From positions 206,354,770 through 206,418,769 of the forward strand of contig NC_092374.1 in assembly GCF_030028105.1 (NCBI RefSeq): DNA of 64,000 bases, written 5' to 3'. This document shows, piece after piece, positions 50,401-57,400 of this stretch; position 1 is the first letter of the stretch, and each line of letters starts with the position of its first letter. This DNA is from Mobula birostris (taxonomy: Eukaryota). The notes under the pieces are model-generated. The model was not told where the DNA came from. It saw only the letters and a list, made by a program, of their open reading frames with translations, and did not search any database. The translations under genes and the position numbers were made by a program.

Positions 50401-51619
50401 CTTTAGCCAGAGGGTGGTGAATCTGCACGGGCAGCTGTGGAGGCCAAGTCACTGGGTATACTTAAAGTGAACGTTATAGGTTCTTCACTAGTCAGCGCGT
50501 CAAAGGTTACGGGAAAAGACGGGAGAGGGGAAATAACTCGGCCATCACGGAATGGTGGAGCAGACTCGGGGGAAGATGTTACGGGTTTTGGAAGACTGCT
50601 CACTTTGCCTTTCATAATGACGGAGCAATCTCGATGATCTTGTCCGGCTTCCCTGTCGTACGGTCTCCGTGTAGTATGACTGCCCTGAGCCTCCCCCTCC
50701 CCCTCGAGATCGGCTTCTGAGAGCTGGATTCCGTTTTCTTTTGACAGGAGATTCCGGCGGTCCCCTGTCGGTGCGGAAGGTATACCGGTACATCCAGGTA
50801 GGTGCACCGATTTGCCGCGGCCGCAGCACGCCCAGCTCCCTCCCCAGTCAGTCGGAGAGAAGCCACTGCGCTCCCTCTGGATCAGGTGGTCCGCGTAGCT
50901 GGGAAGGGAGTTCCAGGCTTTAGGCCCAGTTCCGCTGTCGTGAGCGGGAAACGGGGGGGAGCCGAGGGCGGTTTTTATTCCCCTACGCCGACTGGCATCG
51001 CTGCTTCTGGGGACGAAGATCTGCAGGGTTGGGGAAACCCAGGGCAAAACACTGGAGGAAATAAAGGGTTTCGGGGTGAAACGTCGACTGTCTATCCCTC
51101 TCCACCGGCGCCCGCTGACCCGCTCAGTTCCTCCAGAATTGGTGCGTGTTGCTCTGGATTTCCAGCATCTGCAGAATCTCTTCTGTCTGTGGTTTGCCGG
51201 TGGATCGGACCTGTGTAGGTATTCATGTGCGGGCGTCTGTGAAGTTGGGTGTGACAGTCGAGGTTGGCGGGCCTTCTACTGATGCCGCCGGACCTACTGA
51301 AATCCCCCAAGCAGCTGCTCCGTGCTCCTCCTCCGCCTGATGATGATGGTGGTGGCGGTGGGTGACAGCGGGTAAGCCCCTTCACACGGGGCTCCAGGCA
51401 AGGTGAACAGCTGCAGTCACTAACTGTGATCTCTGTCTCTCTCCCTTCCCATTCTAGGTAGGTGTTGTGAGCTGGGGGGTGAAGGACGTCTGTTTCCACT
51501 TTCGCCCCCCAGCCGACGCCAGGGACTTCCACCTCAACGTGTTCCGGGTGGTGGACTGGCTTCGGGAGCACCTTGCCGGGAGTGTGCGCTTCCTGCAGCC
51601 CCAGGCCGGCGCACGCTAG
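5406..51619 (+). CDS. CFB: Complement factor B/C2 (Bf/C2) gene, whole span: signal peptide, 3 CCP, vWA, trypsin-like serine protease
   Basis: 17 exons with canonical GT-AG and compatible phases; MIDAS DVSGS...GTN...TDG; catalytic [20 protein letters not shown]; the CFB-versus-C2 orthology assignment is uncertain. Confidence 0.9.
6260..6478 (+). CDS. CFB: Bf/C2 exon 2 (CCP1)
   Basis: atacag|...[10 protein letters not shown]...[13 protein letters not shown]...RTC...W...ARCR|gtgagc; 219 nt, phase 1-1. Confidence 0.93.
6782..7415 (+). mobile_element. Ty3/Gypsy pol fragment (RT C-terminus/RNase H), degenerate
   Basis: [27 protein letters not shown]...SYVGH...[10 protein letters not shown]...FLGF..HYRRFV. 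Confidence 0.85.
7420..11525 (-). mobile_element. Near-full-length CR1-like LINE (ORF1 esterase-like part plus ORF2 EN-RT), degenerate
   Basis: ORF2 pieces [47 protein letters not shown]; ORF1 piece PGARIRDV...GLHLN; microsatellite tail near 7420. Confidence 0.9.
10273..10724 (-). mobile_element. LINE 3' fragment with (AATAG)n tail nested in the CR1 copy
   Basis: Flanked by the GCCTAT duplication at 10267-10272 and 10725-10730. Confidence 0.7.
11530..11890 (+). mobile_element. Ty3/Gypsy integrase N-terminal fragment
   Basis: [21 protein letters not shown] resembles the integrase His-His zinc-finger start; same strand as the pol fragment at 6782. Confidence 0.65.
11885..12045 (-). mobile_element. 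Penelope terminal-repeat fragment
   Basis: Reverse complement of the terminal repeat seen at 37250-37400 and 58780-58925. Confidence 0.75.
11980..12017 (-). ncRNA. Minimal type I hammerhead ribozyme motif (Penelope-associated)
   Basis: Minus strand TAGTC-CTGACGA-AGGGTCTCGGCCC-GAAA-CG-TC-GACTG: stem I, CUGANGA core, stem II GGG/CCC, GAAA, GUC cleavage triplet. Confidence 0.7.
12124..12688 (+). mobile_element. Probable 3' LTR of the Gypsy element
   Basis: Purine-rich PPT-like GGTGGGGGCAGAG directly before TGTAAC; ends near GTTATA; follows the integrase fragment. Confidence 0.55.
13325..13802. repeat. Minisatellite, ~35 bp unit (caacagtcctgtaacagctgtccttgaccctggtc-like)
   Basis: Tandem copies visible directly. 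Confidence 0.9.
14325..16680 (-). mobile_element. Rex1/Babar-like LINE fragment (RT), interrupted by a solo LTR
   Basis: [49 protein letters not shown]; (ATTG)n tail near 14325. Confidence 0.8.
15687..16517. mobile_element. Solo LTR (Gypsy-type)
   Basis: TGTGAC...GTGACA termini with 4-bp AACC duplication (15683-15686, 16518-16521); removing it restores the host LINE reading NQFFNRFE. Confidence 0.85.
16675..17485 (-). mobile_element. Non-autonomous retroelement with short tandem tail
   Basis: Repeated TCAAAGGT tail at ~16677-16695; minus-strand head AAGATGGAG near 17480; organisation like 3771-4448. Confidence 0.45.
17962..18144 (+). CDS. CFB: Bf/C2 exon 3 (CCP2)
   Basis: ttccag|...[16 protein letters not shown]...[33 protein letters not shown]|gtaagt; 183 nt. 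Confidence 0.95.
18285..18885. repeat. Degenerate TGTAC-based tandem repeat
   Basis: (tgtactggatggtgtgc)-like units filling intron 3. Confidence 0.9.
18998..19171 (+). CDS. CFB: Bf/C2 exon 4 (CCP3)
   Basis: tttcag|...[25 protein letters not shown]...[19 protein letters not shown]|gtaaga; 174 nt. Confidence 0.95.
20956..21054 (+). CDS. CFB: Bf/C2 exon 5 (CCP-vWA linker)
   Basis: attcag|[33 protein letters not shown]|gtgagt; resembles factor B YDTPQEVAEAFLSSL; 99 nt, phase 1-1. Confidence 0.88.
21873..22150. repeat. (CAA/CAT)n compound microsatellite
   Basis: caacatcaacat... array. Confidence 0.9.
22975..23290 (+). mobile_element. tRNA-derived (V-SINE-like) SINE; related copies near 21170, 22650(-), 39850(-), 43935
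   Basis: B-box-like GGTTCAATTCC followed by gtttgcatgttctccc...ggtttcctcccacattccaaa core. Confidence 0.65.
23367..23500 (+). CDS. CFB: Bf/C2 exon 6 (activation cleavage site and start of vWA, MIDAS DxSxS)
   Basis: tcccag|[45 protein letters not shown]|gtagga. Confidence 0.95.
23511..23790. repeat. 15-bp minisatellite (cacagggcggggctt / cacgcagggcaggact)
   Basis: Tandem copies starting 10 nt after the exon 6 donor. Confidence 0.9.
24343..24481 (+). CDS. CFB: Bf/C2 exon 7 (vWA)
   Basis: aaatag|[46 protein letters not shown]|gtgggt; phase 0->1. Confidence 0.9.
24990..26670 (-). mobile_element. CR1-like LINE, 5'-truncated
   Basis: Same family as 7420-11525; RT-region peptides in the ORF track. 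Confidence 0.9.
26817..27480. repeat. 36/37-bp minisatellite (gcagtgtctcatgtatcagattctaccaccagcccg)
   Basis: About 18 tandem copies. Confidence 0.92.
27992..28138 (+). CDS. CFB: Bf/C2 exon 8 (vWA; MIDAS Thr and Asp)
   Basis: ccgtag|[23 protein letters not shown]...[14 protein letters not shown]|gtaggt; 147 nt. Confidence 0.95.
29903..29992 (+). CDS. CFB: Bf/C2 exon 9 (vWA)
   Basis: tttcag|[30 protein letters not shown]|gtaaac; 90 nt. Confidence 0.95.
31376..31510 (+). CDS. CFB: Bf/C2 exon 10 (end of vWA)
   Basis: ctgcag|[45 protein letters not shown]|gtaagg; 135 nt. Confidence 0.95.
31715..34500. repeat. ~32-bp GC-rich minisatellite (gagatggggatggagagggagcgccgcgctgt), ~2.8 kb
   Basis: Over 80 copies with 31-33 bp variants; ends ~35 nt before the exon 11 acceptor. 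Confidence 0.95.
34537..34643 (+). CDS. CFB: Bf/C2 exon 11 (vWA-protease junction)
   Basis: ttgcag|[36 protein letters not shown]|gtgagt; LCG...PW motif. Confidence 0.9.
35454..35562 (+). CDS. CFB: Bf/C2 exon 12 (catalytic His)
   Basis: ccacag|[36 protein letters not shown]|gtaaga; phase 0->1. Confidence 0.93.
36700..37430 (+). mobile_element. Penelope-like element 3' fragment (GIY-YIG end plus terminal repeat)
   Basis: [14 protein letters not shown]...[25 protein letters not shown]; ends ~45 nt before exon 13. Confidence 0.88.
37279..37316 (+). ncRNA. Minimal type I hammerhead ribozyme motif (Penelope-associated)
   Basis: TAGTC-CTGACGA-AGGGTCTCGGCCT-GAAA-CG-TC-GATTG; on the sense strand of Bf/C2 intron 12. 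Confidence 0.62.
37475..37631 (+). CDS. CFB: Bf/C2 exon 13 (catalytic Asp)
   Basis: ccgcag|[53 protein letters not shown]|gtacgg. Confidence 0.96.
37771..38180. repeat. Compound (AGAC)-rich minisatellite, ~22-24 bp unit
   Basis: cacagagaggcagacagacagacg tandem copies. Confidence 0.9.
39705..39784 (+). CDS. CFB: Bf/C2 exon 14
   Basis: gcccag|(R)[26 protein letters not shown]|gtaaat; PICLPCT is the Bf/C2 signature. Confidence 0.95.
40890..40993 (+). CDS. CFB: Bf/C2 exon 15
   Basis: ctacag|[35 protein letters not shown]|gtgagt; phase 1->0. Confidence 0.88.
41140..41810 (-). mobile_element. RTE-like LINE 3' fragment
   Basis: YGSEC...WRWIEHG...[12 protein letters not shown], typical of the RTE ORF C-terminus. 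Confidence 0.7.
41820..42505 (-). mobile_element. Rex1/Babar-like LINE 3' fragment with (CATAGT)n tail
   Basis: [16 protein letters not shown]...FYESVVAS...SHPLH...[11 protein letters not shown]. Confidence 0.85.
42790..45410 (+). mobile_element. CR1-like LINE, degenerate, with a SINE inserted at ~43935-44185
   Basis: [39 protein letters not shown]. Confidence 0.88.
45520..47415 (-). mobile_element. CR1-like LINE, 5'-truncated
   Basis: [36 protein letters not shown]. Confidence 0.9.
48775..49274. other. Assembly gap (500 N), probable location of Bf/C2 exon 16
   Basis: Run of N; other gaps at 5560-5706, 5864-6180, 53141-53475, 53633-53840. Confidence 0.95.
50748..50797 (+). CDS. CFB: Bf/C2 exon 17 (catalytic Ser)
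   Basis: tgacag|[17 protein letters not shown]|gtaggt; 50 nt. Confidence 0.95.
51458..51619 (+). CDS. CFB: Bf/C2 exon 18 (last coding exon)
   Basis: ttctag|[53 protein letters not shown]. Confidence 0.95.
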   Translation, partial: VGVVSWGVKDVCFHFRPPADARDFHLNVFRVVDWLREHLAGSVRFLQPQAGAR

Positions 51620-52018
51620 GACAGCGCCACAGCTGCCCCGTTCCACTCCCTCCCACCCCTCTCTCAGGAACGCAGCCCGGCCAGACCCATACACCTACCC
51701 AGCGACCCCAGCTCCCCACCCACTCTGTCCTATCCTGGTCACTCACCACCGTGACCAATGACTTTCAGGACAGAAACCAGCTCTCCGGCTCGCCTCGCCC
51801 ATGCTGGCCCACTTGCCCACGGTAGGGCCTATTCTCCACCCAACAACCCGTCTAAACGCCTTTCCGATTGTAATGCTATCTATCTCCTTCAGTTTGCTCC
51901 AATTCACCAAACATTTACCGGTCATAGTGTGCCCTGGAGTTCTGGATTCCACTGTCCAGGGAGAAAAACTATGACTATCTATCTACTAATATATGCACCT
52001 CTAAAAGGCTCCAGGGAG

Positions 52019-52024
52019 AATAAA
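52019..52024 (+). terminator. Candidate polyadenylation signal AATAAA (alternative at 52862-52867)
   Basis: First AATAAA downstream of the Bf/C2 stop. Confidence 0.4.
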
Positions 52025-54225
52025 CCAGTCTCTCCATCCCAGAACCTCTCCTGCACCCTCTCTAACATCACCACACACTCTCTGTGGTCTGGTAACGAGA
52101 GCTGTGCACTACACCCCAACAACAGGTTCCCTCCCAACATCCACACTCACACACACACACACACACATACATACAGACACTGATAGACTGACACACAGAG
52201 ACGTGCATACACACACACAGACTGACACAGAAACGCGTACATACACACACACACACACACACACACACCAATAGACTGACACACACACACAGATAGACTG
52301 ACATACACAGAGACGCACATACATTCACACATACACACACACTGACACAGACACGCATACAGACCGACAAACTCACACTCTGATACTCCAGGGAATTGCT
52401 GATGTTCCTCTCCCCTGCACCAACCTGGCACTGACTATTAGCTGCTCTCTCTCTCTCTGACTGCAATGCCCCCTCCGCGCACTACCTTCTCCCCAAGACC
52501 TTCAGAGTTACACAAGCAGCCGAGGACAAGTTCACCAACCCTGCCGGAGGACAGATGGACGGAAGGACTGAGAAGCCCACCTCGGCTCTGCATCAGACAG
52601 GGGGTGAGGATGGGTGGGGGCAGAGTTGGTGGGTTTCCGTCATAATCACCGCCAACTCCCACAGCAGGATAGGCCATCACTTTCTGTATCAGCACCGTCC
52701 GGAACAGCAGAGTGGGGTGGGGTGGGGTGGGGAAGAGCGGCAATAGGCATTTGATCTGATGATGCTCTCTGCTCCTGTGGGAAGGACTGAGGGGTGGGAG
52801 GGTGGCCTGGAGAATGGGAAGGTTCCTCATTGTGACTCTGCACTGCTTCTATAACTGAACTAATAAAAGTCACAAACGTCCAACATGTCCGACTGTAACA
52901 GACCAGCAGAGGGGCAGAGGTGAAGAGGATGTGCAGAACAGAGGAGAAGAGGAGGGGAGGTGGTGGGGGGGTCACGGATTGTCGCAGAGGGGGCAGGAGG
53001 GAAGGGGCGGGTGAGGAGGAGGGTGAAGGGTGAGGAGGAGGAGAAGGAGGATGGGAAAGGGGTGAGGAGGAGGGAAAGGGGTGAGGAGGAGGGAAAGGGG
53101 TGGGGATGGTAGCAGAGAGGGCAGCGGCAGAGGGGAGGAGNNNNNNNNNNNNNNNNNNNNNNNNNNNNNNNNNNNNNNNNNNNNNNNNNNNNNNNNNNNN
53201 NNNNNNNNNNNNNNNNNNNNNNNNNNNNNNNNNNNNNNNNNNNNNNNNNNNNNNNNNNNNNNNNNNNNNNNNNNNNNNNNNNNNNNNNNNNNNNNNNNNN
53301 NNNNNNNNNNNNNNNNNNNNNNNNNNNNNNNNNNNNNNNNNNNNNNNNNNNNNNNNNNNNNNNNNNNNNNNNNNNNNNNNNNNNNNNNNNNNNNNNNNNN
53401 NNNNNNNNNNNNNNNNNNNNNNNNNNNNNNNNNNNNNNNNNNNNNNNNNNNNNNNNNNNNNNNNNNNNNNNNNNNGGGGTACGAGGAGAGGGGAGGGGAT
53501 GAGGGGGATGAGGAGGGGGGGATGAGGAGGGGGAGGGGAGGGGATGAGGAGGGGGAGGGGAGGGGGAGGGGGATGAGGAGGGGGAGGGGGATGAGGAGGG
53601 GGAGGGGTGAGGAGGGGGAGGGGTGAGGAGGGNNNNNNNNNNNNNNNNNNNNNNNNNNNNNNNNNNNNNNNNNNNNNNNNNNNNNNNNNNNNNNNNNNNN
53701 NNNNNNNNNNNNNNNNNNNNNNNNNNNNNNNNNNNNNNNNNNNNNNNNNNNNNNNNNNNNNNNNNNNNNNNNNNNNNNNNNNNNNNNNNNNNNNNNNNNN
53801 NNNNNNNNNNNNNNNNNNNNNNNNNNNNNNNNNNNNNNNNGGAAGAGGGGAAGGGCAGGATGGAGGAGCAGGGAGGAGGAGAGGAGGCAAGAGGAAGAGG
53901 ACTGAGGGTAAGAGGAGGAGGAAAGGGGTCAAGAGGAGGAGGAGGAGAGGGAGCAAGACATGGAGGAAAGGGGCAAAGGCAGAAGGGAGGAGGTGGAAGT
54001 GGTGAGGAGGGGCATTGTATAATATTTTGTGGAGCCCCATGTTTAGGCTGTTGGCAGGTTACCTCAGGGACTGATAATCCCTTTCCCGTCTCTGTGACCA
54101 CTTCGCCCCTCACTGTGAAGCTCTTGCCTCTTTCAGTGACCCGTCACAGGCTCCTCGCTCTACCCGTTGTCTGGGACGCGCGGAGAAGTGGTGGTGACGA
54201 AGAGACACGCACTGTAGACAGGCTG

Positions 54226-54231
54226 TTTATT
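54226..54231 (-). terminator. Polyadenylation signal of SKIV2L
   Basis: AATAAA on the minus strand 24 nt after the stop codon. Confidence 0.65.
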
Positions 54232-54255
54232 TACACCATCCCCTCCTTCCCCTGG

Positions 54256-54456
54256 TCACTGGGTGTACAGGCTGGCAGCAAACACAATGTCCCTCTTGAT
54301 CAGATTGGACGCTTGGTCCATCTTGGCGTGCAGCGTGGGGTCGCCGATGATGCGGGCCGCGTTGCGCACGTCACGGCACGTCTCGTTAAGCCGCTGGATG
54401 CAGCGCACGATGATCCCCTCCTGTACGTCGGTCAGCGTCGTGATCTCAGCAAAAGG
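54256..54456 (-). CDS. SKIC2: SKIV2L last exon
   Basis: ccgaag|[27 protein letters not shown]...[14 protein letters not shown]; 201 nt. Confidence 0.95.
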   Translation of the reverse strand, partial: PFAEITTLTDVQEGIIVRCIQRLNETCRDVRNAARIIGDPTLHAKMDQASNLIKRDIVFAASLYTQ

Positions 54457-57400
54457 CTTCGGGCAGACCGGGCAGAGCTGGTCAGAGACAGGGCCAGACA
54501 GAATCCCCCAGCCACCCGTATCCCCCCCATCGGCCCGGGGACAGAATCCCCCACCCCCACCCGTATCCCCCAATCGGCCCGGGGACAGGGGGGACACCAC
54601 CCACCCGTATCCCCCCATCGGCCCGGGGACAGGGGACACCACCCACCCGTATCCCCCCATCGGCCCAGGGACAGGGGGACACCACCCACCCGTATCCCAT
54701 CGGCCCAGGGACAGAATTTCCCAGCCACCCGTATCCCCCCATCGGCCCAGGGACAGGGGGGACACCACCCACCCGTATCCCCCCATCGGCCTGGGGACAG
54801 GGGGACACTACCCACCCGTATCCCCACATCGGCCTGGGGACAGGGGGACACCACCCACTCCTATCCTCCGCCATCGGCCCAGGGACAGGGGACACCACCC
54901 ACCCGTATCCCCCCATCGGCCCGGGGACAGGGGACAGGGGACACCACCCACCCGTATGTCCCCATCGGCCCGGGGACAGAATCCCCCAGCCACCCGTATC
55001 CCACCCATCGGCCCAGGGACAGAATCCCCCAGCCACCCGTATCCCCCCCATCTGCCCCGGGACAGGGGGACACCACCCACTCCTATCCCCTGCCATCGGC
55101 CCAGGGACAGGGGACACCACCCACCCGTATGTCCCCATCGGCCCGGGGACAGAATCCCCCAGCCACCCGTATCCCACCCATCGGCCCAGGGACAGAATTC
55201 CCCAGCCACCCGTATCCCCCCATCGGCCCAGGGACAGGGATCACGGGGGGGGGGGGAGGAAAAGAGCCATAATGCCTCCCGGCTCCAGAAGGCTCAGGAT
55301 GAGGAGAGGAGGCGAGGGGAGGGTAGATGGTGGCAGAGGGGTGCAGGGGCCGGAAGGGCTTACGGATATGGGGGATTACATAGGGGCTAGAGGGGGGACT
55401 TAGAGAGCGGAGAGGGGTTTCACAGAGACAGGAGTGATGCAGGGAGCAGAGGGGTCACAGAGACGGGGAGGAGCCAGGGGTCCAGAGGGGGTCACATAGA
55501 AAACCTACAGCACAATACAGGCCCTTCAGCCCACAATGCTGTGCCAAACATTTACTTACTTTAGAAACTACCAAGGGTTACCCATAGCCCTCTGTTCTCC
55601 AAGCTCCATGTACCTATCCAGGAGTCTCTTAAAAGTTCCTATCGTATCCGCCTCCACCACCGTTGCCAGCAGCCCGTTCCACGCACTAACCACTCTCTGC
55701 ATAAAAAACTTACCCCTGACATCTCCTCTGTACCTACTTCCAAGCACCTTAAACTGTGCCCTCTCGTGCTGGGGAGTAGGTACACAGGAGATGTCAGGGG
55801 TAGGTTTTTTTTTTACTCAGAGAGTGGTGAGTGCATGGAACGGGCTGCCAGCAATGGTGGGGGAGGCGGATACAATAGGGTAAGAGACATTTAGATAGGT
55901 GCATGGAGCAAGTAAAATAGAGGGCTATGAGTAGGCCTAGTAATTTCTAAGGTAGGGACATGTTCCACACAACTCTGTGGGCCAAAGGGCCTGTATTGTG
56001 CTGTAGGTTTCCTATGTTTCTATTTCAGCCCCTGGGAAAAAGCCTCTGATCAATGCCTCTCATCATCTTAATCACCTCTATCAGGTCACCTCTCATCCTC
56101 CACCAGTCCAAGGAGAAAAGACCAAGTTCACTCAACCTCCTCTCATAAGGCATGCTCCCCAATCCAGCAACATCATTGTAAACCTCCTCTGCACCTTTTC
56201 TCTGGTTTCCACATCCTTCCTGTAGTGAGGCGACCAGAACTGAGCACAGTACTCCAAGTGTGGTCTGATCAGGGTCCTATGTAGCTGCAACATTACCTCT
56301 CGGCTCCTAAATTCAATCCCACTGTTGATAAAGGCCAATACACTGTATGCCTTCTTAACCACACAGTCAACCTGCACAGCAGCTTTCAGTGTCCTATGGA
56401 CTCGGACCCCAAGATCCCTCTGATCCTCCACACTGCCAAGAGTCTTACTATTAATACTATATTCTGCCATCATATTTGACCTACCAAAATGAACCACTTC
56501 ACACTTATCTGGGTTGAACTCCATCTGCCACTTCTCAGCCCAGTTTTGCATCCTATCAATGTCCTGTTGTAACCTCTGACAGCCCTGCCACACTATCCAC
56601 AACACCTCCAACCTTTGTGTCATCAGCAAATTTACTAACCCATCCCTCCACCCCAGAACAGATCCCTGAGGTACACCACTGGTCACTGACCTCCATGCTG
56701 AATATGACCCGTCTACAACCACTCTTTGCCTTTTGTGAGCAAGCCAATTCTGCATCTACAAAGCAATATCCCCAAAGATCACATGCCTCCTTACTTTCTC
56801 AATAAGTCTCACATGGGGTACCTTATCAAATGCCTTGCTGAAATGCATATACACTACATCCACAGCTCTACCTTCATTAACACACATAAAAGTTGCTGGC
56901 AAACGCAGCAGGCCAGGCAGCATCTCTAGGAAGAGGTACAGTCGACGTTTCAGGTCGAGACCCTTTCTCAGGACTAACTGAAGGAAGAGTTAGTAAGCCA
57001 TTTGAAAGTGGGAGGGGGAGGGGGAGATCCAAAATGATAGGAGAAGACAGGAGGGGGAGGGATGGAGCCAAGAGCTGGACAGTTGATTGGCAAAAGGGAT
57101 ACGAGAGGATCATGGGACAGGAGGCCCAGGGAGAAAGAAAGGGGGAGGAGGGAAACCCAGAGGATGGGCAAGGGGTATAGTCAGAGGGACAGAGGGAGAA
57201 AAAGGAGAGAGAGAGAAAGAATGTGTGTGCAAAAATAAATAACGGATGGGGTACGAGGGGGAGGTGGGGCATTAACGGAAGTTAGAGAAGTCAATATTCA
57301 TGCCATCAGGCAACCCAGACGGAATATAAGGTGTTGTTCCTCCAACCTGAGTGTGGCTTCGTCTTTACAGTAGAGGAGGCCGTGGATAGACATGTCAGAA

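Noticed and set aside
52646-54113. Long ORFs spanning N runs (also 5345-6609 and 48622-49411)
   Set aside because: Artefacts of assembly gaps and low-complexity GA-rich sequence
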